64,000 nt of DNA from Eledone cirrhosa. Its lineage: Eukaryota. The notes below the pieces were generated by a model. That model was not told the DNA's origin, did not search any database, and saw nothing but the letters and a program-made list of their open reading frames with translations. Of this stretch, positions 28,548 through 39,656 are shown piece by piece (the stretch's first letter is position 1; each line of letters begins with the position of its first letter). The position numbers were made by a program, and so were the translations under genes. The DNA lies in the NCBI GenBank assembly GCA_964016885.1, contig OZ024740.1, positions 371,132,001 to 371,196,000 on the forward strand. Direction: 5' to 3'.

Positions 28548-30850
28548 CAGGGCTTGTAAATAATTGATTGGGCGATGCCCAATCAATTAATTGGATTTTG
28601 TCTGTTTAACCAATCAATTATTGCAATTAATTGCTGTTGCAGCAGCGTACTCTTGCTACTTTTTGTTTTTTTTTTCAGGAATTTCTTCGGATTTCTATGT
28701 TTTGAACATAGGAGATTCCGATGATGCAAAAATAAAGAAAAAAAAAAATTCCAAATATGAAAAAAAAAAGTTCTGGTTTTTAATTTAGAGAGAGAAATTA
28801 GCAAAATATTTAATTTAAACTATGAATAAGCAACTATTTGCAAATAAAAAGCAATTTATGATTAATTGAAAATCGTAGACACCAATTCTTCATCCCAGTA
28901 AGAGCGATTAGCCTTTAGAAACAATTGCAGTGATAAGGTGATAAGCTTTGGCGAAAATCATTAAAAGCGTATCCCGCTGAACTAAAGAAACGCTCTATTA
29001 TATTTGACGTCGGTAGAATAAATCTACAATCTGGATATTTCTTAGATAAATTTGCATTTACTCTGCGCTTCTTCAGACAAATTGAAGCGAAATCCTCGTC
29101 TCCCACTAAAGAGTCTGAATTTTTCGATATTTCAGTGAATTCCAATCTGTGTAAAGCGTGTATTTCTAGCGCATCAAGCTTTTCTTCTGATTTTTGAAGT
29201 ATTTTAACAATACCATTTTCGAAATCAGAGCAATGAACGATATCTGTCGAAGGCAGCAAGTATTTTTTTGAATTCTTTATATGGATAAAAGACGAGTATT
29301 TCATTGAAGAGAACTCGAACATCCCACAAATCAATTTCTTCTCGTTGTAAAGCGTCTGTAACTGAACGCAGTTTTCTCAAATTCTTTTCCAGGTTTCTGA
29401 GATCTTTGCGTTCCCGAGGTGTCAAAAGATAATCAAAGATTCCCCCAAAATTTCAATTTGAATAAATCTTTCAATCATATCTCGACCAACGAGTTATATT
29501 TCTTTGAAGGGGTTTTCGTGTTGTCTGTTCTCTTAATTTGCCCGCAAGTTTGAAAGATTTCAATTTTCCCATCAGCTCGTTGATTTTATTGAGTAAATGT
29601 TTTCCTTTTCTAAATAAGCAGAAACTTCTAAGTTAAATTTATGGGAAGCATAACCAAAGGGATACCAGACAGTTTCGCTATTGATTTATTGACTTCAGCG
29701 TTATCACCAATAATCGCAACGATAATTTCTAAGCTTTTTTCGTATAGACTTAATGTGTATTCAATTAAATCCACGTGGTCGGAAGCAGTGAATGAGGTTT
29801 CGTTCATCAGTGGTGAAAATGATAACAAAGCTGACCGGTATCCCTTTTTATCATTCCAAAGGTAGGAGGCAAAAAGCCCAACGAAGTATGTTGACCCCTT
29901 ACTCCAGCCATGGATAACTAGCGCGAATTTTCCTGGGAGTTCTTTCGATATCTTTTTTTTCTACTTCCAAAGTGAGTTTACTCATATATTTCTTCAGAGT
30001 AACATTGGCCATAGAGCCCAAATTGGTATACTTTCGAGTTAATGGGTCTTCGACAAAAGAAAACGGTTTTAAACTAACGCATACCCATTCAATCCAGCCA
30101 TACCACTTTTAGAAGAATTTTCTGTGACAAATTTCGATAATGTTTGTTGTTTGTTTTCCTGTAAATTTGAGTGCTCTGGATGTTGGCTTTTGACATGATT
30201 CATCAAATTACTCCAACCAGTTCCTTTCTTTTGGCTTAACTCTTTTCCGCATTTGCATTTCCCGTGTCATCGTCTATTCTATTGAAATACCTTTTTACGA
30301 TTCGTTCATTTGAAGACATGGTCATTTATATAATCATAAAAATATTTTTCAGTACTTAAAATCTAGATTAGTGATCGTGATTACATAAGAACGTTGTTTT
30401 GGAATTCTTCTGTGAACGAGGCGTGCGAATGAGTAGTTATCACCGAGAACGAACGCAGAAACCTACACGCGAAGGTAGTGGATCGACAGTGTTGAGAAGC
30501 AAATAATTTTAGGTGCACGCAGAAAGGCGTACCCTCTGTCTCGCGTTCCGGCTAGGAGAAGGAAGAAAATGAACAAGAATATAATCAGAATAACGCCGGG
30601 GAATTAGTAACCAGACTATTAAGATCGGAATAAGAGTGCAATTAAAAGGGTACTGTGGGTTTATAGAGGTATAACCGTTAACCGGATAAATAACAAAAAA
30701 AAAGTTCTTTCTCTCAATAAAAGACCTTTAGAACTATGATGTTCAACCATGTTCCAATTAATTGCAATTACATTTTCCCGAAACAATCAATTTTTTAATT
30801 GGAAGGGGATCCCCAATCAATTAATTGCAATTAATTTTTTCCAACCCATG
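28548..30850 (-). mobile_element. hAT DNA transposon, full length but defective
   Basis: Perfect 8-bp TSD ATCACCAC (28540-28547 and 30851-30858). Imperfect 23-bp TIRs (CAGGGCTTGTAAATAATTGATTG vs CATGGGTTGGAAAAAATTAATTG). Subterminal CAATCAATTAATTG repeats. Confidence 0.92.
28870..30319 (-). pseudogene. hAT transposase pseudogene
   Basis: BED-finger KCKCGKELSQKKGTGWSNLMNHVKSQH, FALVIHGWS (catalytic D appears as H), IIGDNAEVN and C-terminal ILPTSNIIERFFSSAG. Multiple frameshifts are present. Confidence 0.85.
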
Positions 30851-31339
30851 ATCACCACGTTGAAAGAGCATTCGTGGATCATCGTATCAGGTCAACGCAA
30901 AACAGGTGATGAAAATTGTCGCGCCCTACACAACTCCGACCTTTCTTCTGTCTATTGATGGTGACGCATATGCTGTTGGGGGTACGGAGCTGGACAGCGG
31001 AATCAGTGACGGGAGCAAAATTCGAGAGGGCTGAGGCGTTGTTCAGCATTTTAGTAATTGTTTCATAAAATATTTTTTGTTCTATTCAATAGGAAATGCT
31101 TCATCGAGTTACTGTAGAGAAACCGAAAGAAAGTATTGCGGAAATTATTACATTATAAATTGTTTAGCTAGCGTCGATAACGTAAAAATAAAAAAAATAC
31201 AAGGAAGGGAAAATATAAAACTAAACAAGAAACCGGATTTTGAACCAGAAAATAGCATGTAGGTGCATCCGTATTAACCAATAAGCAATTATCTGACTAA
31301 CAGGAAGTATTCTCTTTTTCTAATTTTTTTTATTTAAGA

Positions 31340-31386
31340 AACTGACATGCGCTATTATGATACCGGAAACGGACGTTTTGGTAATT
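31340..31386 (+). promoter_or_regulatory. Candidate promoter or 5'UTR exon for LAGE3
   Basis: ACCGGAAACGGACG (ETS-like) followed by TTG|GTAATT in a CpG-retaining unique region. An alternative candidate lies near the TGACGTCA palindrome at 33209-33216. Confidence 0.3.
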
Positions 31387-33419
31387 AGTCCTACACGTGT
31401 ATAAGACCTTCGTTATTATTTTCTCCATTTGGTTATTGACAAGCTTATTTAATTGAATATAACAGATTACTTACTCCTGCTGTAAGCATTTTCATTGCTT
31501 TAGTTCATGTCCTTTATCGTTTTGCACGTAGGGAGTAGGTTGATATATGTTATTTGATTAAATACTGCATTTGTAAGGATTGCGTTACTCAATGTTTATA
31601 GGCTGACAATATTTAACAATCGTAACGAAATCAATATTTAACAATCATAACAAAGTTTTAAATGATTTTGTTTGTTTTACACTAAACTTCAATAACTACA
31701 CGATGTCCAGTGTTTTTTTAATTGTTAGAAAATGCCAACCTTATTCTGGAAGAGTTTTTAATTTAGATTTGTATTAAGCTTTCTATTTAGTATGGATGTG
31801 AAAATAACGTACCACTTGTTTTTAAGTTGTATTCGTGCAATTCAGTTCAATATTTCGGACCTTTACGTAGGCCAGCGAGTTAAATTCATACGCAGCCGAC
31901 GAATGATATCTAGTCAAACTAGGAAAATAGTTAAAAGAAATCTTACGATAGGTATGTACACGAACAACTCAATAGGAATTCCTTTCCTATCCATTCTAGA
32001 TGCAGAAAATAATTGAAGTAAATTTCACGTTGTATACCCGCTAGCAAAGAGTTTCGGTAGTTAATTAATTACTAAATTGTGTATGAATTATATATAATTA
32101 TATCTACTAAGAAGAGGCATTGGTGACTACCAGTGCCAACAATGTAACGTATTTTTTGTTTTCATAACACCCGCTTTTCTCGGGTGTATTTTATTTACAT
32201 GTTTATGGACGGTGGGTGAGTTAACAGTTCACGGTTCCTAGTTCTAATCTCGGTGGCTTAAACTTTAACGATAATATAAGTAGTAGAAATATATCTAGGT
32301 TCGTTTAAACGTCTTCCTTAAATAAACAGCTTTATTTAAAAAATGAAAATCTCTCTTAGGCATAAATATGGCCAGTAAATCTGTTTTTGACCATAAATTT
32401 TCGATTCTCAATTGTTGAAAGAACTTTTTCAAACCTTTTCACATGTATTCGAGCTAATGAGACACCTACGCAATCGTTCGAACTGCTAGAAATAGCAACC
32501 ATTTCTCTCACAAATACCATCCTACTCTCATATAAAGGAAAGGACGCATTGGATTGTCAAGACCTGGTGCACTTTTAATATGCAGGTCTGCTCTATAATG
32601 TTTAACCTAGGGCTAAACAATAGCAGACACGTATTTATAGCCACAAACGAAACTGCATAAACAACACATGCGTATGCATTCTCTTACACGTACACAATCA
32701 GTAGACGTGTGAGAATATGGAACCTTATCGCCAACTGTTCAGGAATACACACAGAGCTTGTTTGAGTAGACATATTTCAAAACCTTGAGGTTCGTGGGGA
32801 CATTTATTTAAAGGAACGAGGTTCGTGGTAGTGAAAAGATTGATTGAGCAGACCTTTGATCAAAAGCATTCCAGCCATGACCATTCTATAGTTTACTCAT
32901 ATACAGTTCATCCATGACCATAAATCCAATGTATTTTTTTTTAACCGAAGGTTATAATTTGAGAGAGATCTAGCTACTATTTCTAGCAAGGCGATAGATC
33001 ATGTAGAGGCTCCTTTATTGGCGTGATTTTCAAAATTGTTGATACTCTGTAACAATAATTTTTGTAATAACAGGAAGAAGTGATGAAATCAGATATATTT
33101 TACCGATCATCTAACACAGTTAAGATGAGTGGTGCTATACTTTACCACACACCTGTCTAACTCGGCACTACAGCGGAATTGGCTGTCAGAAGTGAAAGTA
33201 GAAGAATGTGACGTCAACATTAGAGAGGTTACTGTGCCATGGCATGGCTGAACAGTCCTCTCGACCTTTTTTACAATTTTTAATTTAGGAAAACTATTTC
33301 TTTATTGCTGGTTGAACAATAATTTGTAATGTTTGTGCTGTAAAAAGAAAGAAATTAGTAATGTTGATAGTGGAAGTATTATTGTATTTAACCTATTTGT
33401 GACCATATTTGCATACATT

Positions 33420-33730
33420 GTTTCCACCCTGCAAAGTGGTTATGTTGGTGATACAATAAAAAGCATCTAGTCCACTCTGTGAAGCAATCATGTTGGTGAC
33501 ATGACAAAAATAACCCAGCCCACTCTGTAAGGTGGTTGTGTTGGTGACATGGCAAAAAGCACTCAATTCAATCTGTAAATGTGGTTGGCATCCAGCTGTG
33601 GAAACCAAACCAGAAAAACTTCTGTATGAGCAAGACAGTCACCTGACATGACTTGTCTCACAATGGGACATGTCTAACCCATGCTAGCGTGGAAAAATGG
33701 ATGTTAAACGATGATGCTGATTATGATGAG
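33420..33730 (+). repeat. ~40-bp minisatellite derived from the SINE-A/RTE 3' region, plus tail
   Basis: Three to four units of TGTTGGTGAYAYRRCAAAAAGCA...CTCTGTAA, then GGCATCCAGCTGT...CCCATGCTAGC...(GAT)n. Confidence 0.6.
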
Positions 33731-34456
33731 GTTTACATATTTCAATTATGTTTGAAAACATCTATAACTAATTGTTTTATTATCAAATTGTTGTTTAGAA
33801 CTTAACTTAAAATTGAGCGAAGGCTTTAAATATGAACACTTTTAAAATAGTAGGTTTTTTCTTTTAGAACTTGATGAGGGTTGGTATCACAATTTTTACA
33901 GAAGTAGCTCTAAATTCTCTTCTTGACCCAGTAAACGAATTTCGAGTTTCCTTTTATGGCCTTCAACAAATTTACAAAATAAATAACATGATAAAATTCA
34001 AAGCTAGCAACTAATTTACAATTTATTCTAAACTTCAACAATCTGTATTGCTTCTTGCCAAGTAGGTAATCCTTTTTGAGATCAGTGGGAGGTATGGTTC
34101 ACTTAAGGAAACACTGCTTTAGATGTAAATCTAAGCAATTTGTATATTTTTAGCCAGTCTTCTGATATCAATATATTTTGTCTTTATAAAACACATACAC
34201 ACACATATATATACATACATCTCTCTCTCTCCAGTCAATTAACTTTCGTCAAATCGGACAAAGGAAACTATGTTTCCATTGGTCTTTCAATTGCTAATAC
34301 TATCTATTGGTCGCAACTCCAAGTAGAAATAAAGTGTCTTGCTCTAGGACATAATGCATCACCCAGTCCAGGAATTGAACTCTCAACCTCACGATTGCGA
34401 ATCCAATTCTCTAACCACTCAGCTATGCGCCTTCACATTATCTCTCTCTCTGTCTG

Positions 34457-34539
<83 letters not shown>

Positions 34540-34875
34540 GGAGGCACATGGCTTAGTGGTTAGAGCATTGGCCTTGCAATCGAAAGGTTGTGAGTTCAAT
34601 TCTCAGACCGAGTGATGTGTTGTTTCCTTGAGCAAGACACTTTATTTCACATTGCTCCAGTTTACTCAGCTGTAGAAATGAGATGATAGGGACTGGGGTC
34701 CCTATCATTCCACTGTAAAGTGGTCGTGGAGGTGCCACGGCAAAAAAGCACCCATCACTCACTGTAAATGAGGTTGGTGTTAGGAAGGGCATCCAGCTGT
34801 AGAAATTGAGCCAGAATCAGTTCCTGTCTCACCCTTGTAAGTAGGGAAAAGCGGACGTAAAATGATGATGATGAT
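34540..34875 (+). mobile_element. SINE family A (tRNA-derived head, RTE-derived 3' tail)
   Basis: A box TGGCTTAGTGG, B box GAGTTCAATTC and central TCCTTGAGCAAGACACTT. The 3' part is shared with the RTE 3' UTR and ends in (GAT)n. Confidence 0.9.
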
Positions 34876-35038
34876 ATATATACATACAGAGAGAGAAAGA
34901 TAGATATGTATGTATATATATATATATATGAGTGTGTATGTATGTATATGTGTGTGTGTGTTTTATATACATACGTACACACACTCATATATATATATAT
35001 ACATGCATATCTATCTTTCTCTCTCTGTATGTATATAT

Positions 35039-35352
35039 ATCATCATCATCATCATTTTACGTCCGCTTTTCCCTACTTGCAAGGGTGGGACAGGAACTGA
35101 TTCTGGCTCAATTTCTACAGCTGGATGCCCTTCCTAACACCAACCTCATTTACAGTGAGTGCTGGGTGCTTTTTTACAGTGGAATGATAGGGACCCCAGT
35201 CCCTATCATCTCATTTCTACAGCTGAGTAAACTGGAGCAATGTGAAATAAAGTGTCTTGCTCAAGGAAACAACACATCACCCGGTCTGAGAATTGAACTC
35301 ACAACCTTTCGATGGCAAGGCCAATGCTCTAACCACTAAGCCATGTGCCTCC
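35039..35352 (-). mobile_element. SINE family A, inverted arm of a palindrome
   Basis: Near-identical reverse complement of 34540-34875 with a ~24-nt internal deletion. Confidence 0.9.
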
Positions 35353-35679
35353 ATATATATATATATAGAGAGAGAGACAGCATCTCTCCACTTGTCACAG
35401 TACTATGTCATCTCCTCGGTGAGTTTCAGTGATCTGAGGTCTGCTCTCACCACCTCCGCCTATGTTTTTTGTGGTCTACCTCTACTGCGTCTTCCCTTCA
35501 CTGGGACATCTTGGCACTTCTTCACCCAGCAGTCATCCTCCATGTGCATACCATCTCAGCCTTCTACCCAGTTTCTTTCTCAACTCTCTATATATATTCT
35601 TTATTAAGAATGTATATTTCTTTTTTAATCATATGTTTTGTTTAAGCCATTTTATTCTTTTAATAATTACAGATTCATT

Positions 35680-35786
35680 ATGTCTAATGATGCTAAAGAT
35701 GACAGTTATGAAGAAATAGAAGATGATGATGAAGATGAAGTCATTCCTTCTGGTGACACAAGGTTGGCTAGCAACTGTCTTACTGC
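35680..35786 (+). CDS. LAGE3: LAGE3/Pcc1 (EKC/KEOPS subunit) first coding exon with acidic N-terminus
   Basis: Acceptor taattacag| at 35672 and ATG at 35680. Reads MSNDAKDDSYEEIEDDDEDEVIPSGDTRLASNCLT-GC, ending in phase 2 at a perfect U12 donor GTATCCTTT (35787). Joins in frame to the Pcc1-domain exon at 48271. Confidence 0.8.
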
Positions 35787-36356
35787 GTATCCTTTCTATT
35801 GTTGTTGATGCTAGTTTGATTTATATTTTTCATTTTTAAATTCTTTGTCTTATCTATTTACTTTTATTTAACTTGAAATTTGGTTGAAAATGGCATCAAG
35901 TATTTGAAATTCTGAACTTTATATATATATTCAAAATAAGGCATACACAAGACAAGACAATGGGAAGACAGACAATCCCATCTTAGTCAACTTATGGAAA
36001 TCACTATGGTTTTGGTACATTAAGGTCGACACTGTTCATTCCAGTGCTCATTGGAACAAAACAAAACAGGTAGAGACAAGTTGTGCGGGCTTTCTTTTTT
36101 GCAACTATATATATATAGAGAGAGATTGATACAGATACAGAGTGAACCTTGAGCTGATCAGTGGCGATACGTGCTTCACCAACCAATAAATGTAATGAAG
36201 GAGTAACCACTCGTCCTTGTTTTAATTTATTATAATACACTCTGTCTAGCTCTACACCTTGACACAGAAGTGAACCTAAACATCAAGTGCACACCCGGGT
36301 GAACCTACAGTAACTCCATGTTACACTCCCTGGATATATATATATATATATATCAT

Positions 36357-36696
36357 GGAGGCACATGGCTTAGTGGTTAGAGCATTGGCCTTGCAATCGA
36401 AAGGTTGTGAGTTCAATTCTCAGACCGGGTGATGTGTTGTTTCCTTGAGCAAGACACTTTATTTCACATTGCTCCAGTTTACTCAGCTGTAGAAATGAGA
36501 TGATAGGGACTGGGATCCCTATCATTCCACTGCAAAGTGGTCGTGGAGGTGCCACGGCAAAAAAGCACCCAGCACTCACTGTAAATGAGGTTGGTGTTAG
36601 GAAGGGCATCCAGCTGTAGAAATCAAGCCAGAATCAGTTCCCGTCCCACCCTTGCAAGCAGGGAAAAAGTGGACGTAAAATGATGATGATGATGAT
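36357..36696 (+). mobile_element. SINE family A
   Basis: Near-identical to 34540-34875. Confidence 0.9.
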
Positions 36697-37197
36697 CATC
36701 ATCATCATCATCATCACCATCTTCGTTTAACGTCCACTTTCCACGCTAGCATGAAGGCACATGGTTGTGGAATATGGTTTGGATTCATAATCAAGAAATT
36801 GTAAGTTCCATTCCTGGACTGTGCGATGCATTGTGTCCTTGAGCCAAACACTTTATTCTATGGTGTTCCAGTTCACTCAGAGATAGAAATGTACAAATGG
36901 GTTCAACATCACCGATGACAAGCTGTATTGCCCTTTGTCTTTCCCTTGGACAACATCAATGGCATGGAGAGGGGAGACTGATATATATATGGGCAACTGC
37001 TGGTTGACTTGTAGTGGCCACTAGCAACTTCTTTTTCCATCTTTAAGGGTCTTTACCCTATTTTATAAGCTATTTATAATACTTACTCTACTTAAAAGTT
37101 ATTTTTTGCGCATGAGCATTCCACATTTTCTATGAATTTATATGGATTGGATTAGTGACCATATAAACGTGTTTAAAACCATTATTTGTTAGCAAGG

Positions 37198-37380
37198 GTG
37201 GTGAATTGGCAGTATCGGTAGAGGGTTGGACGCCATGCTTTCTAGCATAGTTACGTCCCTTTACAGTCTGTGTTCAAATCCCGCCGAGGTTAACTTTGCC
37301 TTTCATCCTTACGGGGTCGATAAAATAAAGTACCAGTAATGTCCTGGGTAATTGCTGGCCTTGTGGCTAAAGTAAAAACA
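37198..37380 (+). mobile_element. SINE family B with 17-bp TSD
   Basis: TSD ATTATTTGTTAGCAAGG at 37181-37197 and 37381-37397. Confidence 0.88.
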
Positions 37381-37699
37381 ATTATTTGTTAGCAAGGTAC
37401 ATAACTCTGCTTACTTCAGTTCTTTACTCTCAGGTCAACTCTGATCTAATTTACTTATCAATTGCGTATATCCAGAATATCTTTCTGTGTAACTAGGACT
37501 ACGTTATCTAATGAGTCCTTCTTATTAACGTGGTGGGTGTGATTTGATGGAGCTTTTGGCTGGTTTTAATAGCAAGTCAAGTAATTAGAAGCTCCAAAAC
37601 AAAGGTCTGACTTTTGCTTTGTTGGCTGGATGAAATAAAATTACTGAGATTATATTGTTTGTGCAGCACTAATTTTCATTCCAGCCATGCAGCACACGG

Positions 37700-38308
37700 C
37701 ATCAAACCTATCAAGTGCAAATTGAAGATCATCTTCTGTCGAGTTGAGTAACACCATGTCGATTTTGCAAAAGCTGGTGCAGTAATGCGCTAGCTTCAGT
37801 AATCAGAAGAAGGGAGGTAGGCATAACAGCCAAACTTGCTGTCTTCAATTCGGTTTTCGTGCCAACTCCTACGTATGGTCATGAATTTTGGGTAATGACC
37901 GAAAGAATACAATCGCGAATATAAGTGGTTGAAATGGGATTCTTCCGAAGGGTCTTGGGAGTAACTTTATTCGATAAAGTGTGTAGCTCGCAGATCAGAG
38001 AGTCACTCCAGGTAGAGCCACTACTTCTCTGAATTCAGAAATCATAGCTCCGATACTATGGGAATGTGGTTAGAATGTTTCAGGAAAGAATCACTGGACA
38101 GATTTTATGGGCAAAACCAACCGGCAAGAGACCCACGGGTAGACCCTGAGCAAGATGGTTGAATAACATCCATGAGCTTGGTTGGTCACACTTGGGGATC
38201 TAGCTGGATCAGTTGGAGAGGTTTGCTTCTGACAGAACCATCTGGAAGGAGTGTTTGAGGACTCTGCCCCAACGACCCTCTCAGGAATAAGTGGGCGAAG
38301 AAGAAGAG
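37700..38308 (+). mobile_element. 3' fragment of a second RTE family
   Basis: AKLAVFNSVFVPTPTYGHEFWVMTERIQSRI..EMGFFRRV...GKRPTGRP, ending in (GAA)n. Confidence 0.75.
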
Positions 38309-39656
38309 ATTATATTGACAAGCTGATAACTTTTAATCTTACTTTTTGCGCCATGAAAAAAGTTCCCAATTCATGCTGTAAAGTGGGTGTTATTTGTAAG
38401 GGTGTCCAGCTATAAAAGCCAAGCCCAAAACGGATTGTATGAGCAAGATTTGGGCACATGATCTGTCAAGCCTCACAACGTAACAGCCCGTCTAACTCAT
38501 GCAATCATGGAAAATAGATATTAAATCATGATGACAATGATAAACAAGGTACATAACTATGTTTGATTTTGTTTGTCATTGGTTAACAATAGAGAGAACC
38601 TACAGTGGTAAAAATAAGTAACAAATAGAAATAAAGAAAATCTCAGCTCTGCAAGGAAGGAACAATTTAATGTAAAAAAGTTAAAAAAAATATCAACAAC
38701 AACAAAAATAATTTATTGAGAGAATTTAAAAAATCAGGTGTTGATATATTATAACTAACAGTACATCTGAATATTTCACCTTGTTCTGCTGGTAATTTAT
38801 GTGACTTGACCTGTGATTACACAATAACAGTAGATGCTGACATGAGTGGTTAAGAAGTTTGCTTTACAATCATGAGGTCTTGGGTTCATTCCAACTGCAT
38901 GACATCTTGGTCAAGTGTCTTATAATAGCTTTGGATCAACAGGCTTGTCAGTAAAACAGGATAGATGGAATATGAAGCTCATTGGATGGATTTTTACCTG
39001 TATTTCAAGGGTCTACTATTCTCACATATTGTGCCATTCTAGAACACGGAATATTTGGCCACTTACATATTAATTCATTGAACAATTGAATGCTCAGTGT
39101 TGAAACAGACAGTGTAACCATCACACAAAGCACATCCCTCCAATTCATCATATGATTTATATTTTAATGTTCTATTTATTGGTAATGGCAGCAGCTGTTC
39201 CCAAACATTCTGTTAGTTGTTCCATAAATGAGAACTTTCACCATATTCGTCTCTGTTATTCAAAGAAATCTAGTAAACTTCACTAAGGCAGAGGATTAGC
39301 AGATATGTAGAGTTTCAGAGTTGCTGTGTAATAGTGAGTTTACTTTGCTTTTTATCTCTCCTCAATTTAATAAGGTTATTCTAGTTTGTGATGTGTGAAA
39401 GGTAGAAATTAGTATTGTAATCATTACTTAACAATCAATCAATAGGTCAGACCTCGTCGCCCCCTGCGAAATGTAATGTAAATGCCATTTTTCTTGTCTC
39501 TCCAGCCTATCGGTCCATTCATTCATATATCCGTATCATCGCCCAGAATCCAATCTTTTGCTCTCTCTCAATGCTATTCTATAATTCTGTCTGGTTGTTC
39601 TAAATAATCTCCTTGTATTTTAAAACCCCATTATTCGCTTATTATTACTGTTATAT

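Larger units (their letters stand above)
25700..31050 (-). mobile_element. Degenerate CRE-clade non-LTR retrotransposon, split by two nested insertions
   Basis: Reverse-strand motifs KIPKAA, LATLRLKHP, RPISVNNVFRRLTAKV, QLGISVSGEYEGAIHAAR, MRNAFN, KQGDLLSPL and YLDD are typical of CRE-clade RTs. Segments are 25700-27329, 28228-28547 and 30851-31050. Confidence 0.75.

Noticed and set aside
33420-33580. CRISPR-like periodic repeats
   Set aside because: Degenerate tandem units without unique spacers, no cas genes, eukaryotic context.
34540-34612. tRNA-Ala(TGC)-like sequence (also at 36357 and 63473)
   Set aside because: It is the SINE-A head: the acceptor stem is poor and it continues into the SINE body in every copy.
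35935-36105. Possible second hammerhead or Penelope remnant on the minus strand
   Set aside because: The core boxes are too degenerate (no CTGATGA or GAAA) to support a call.
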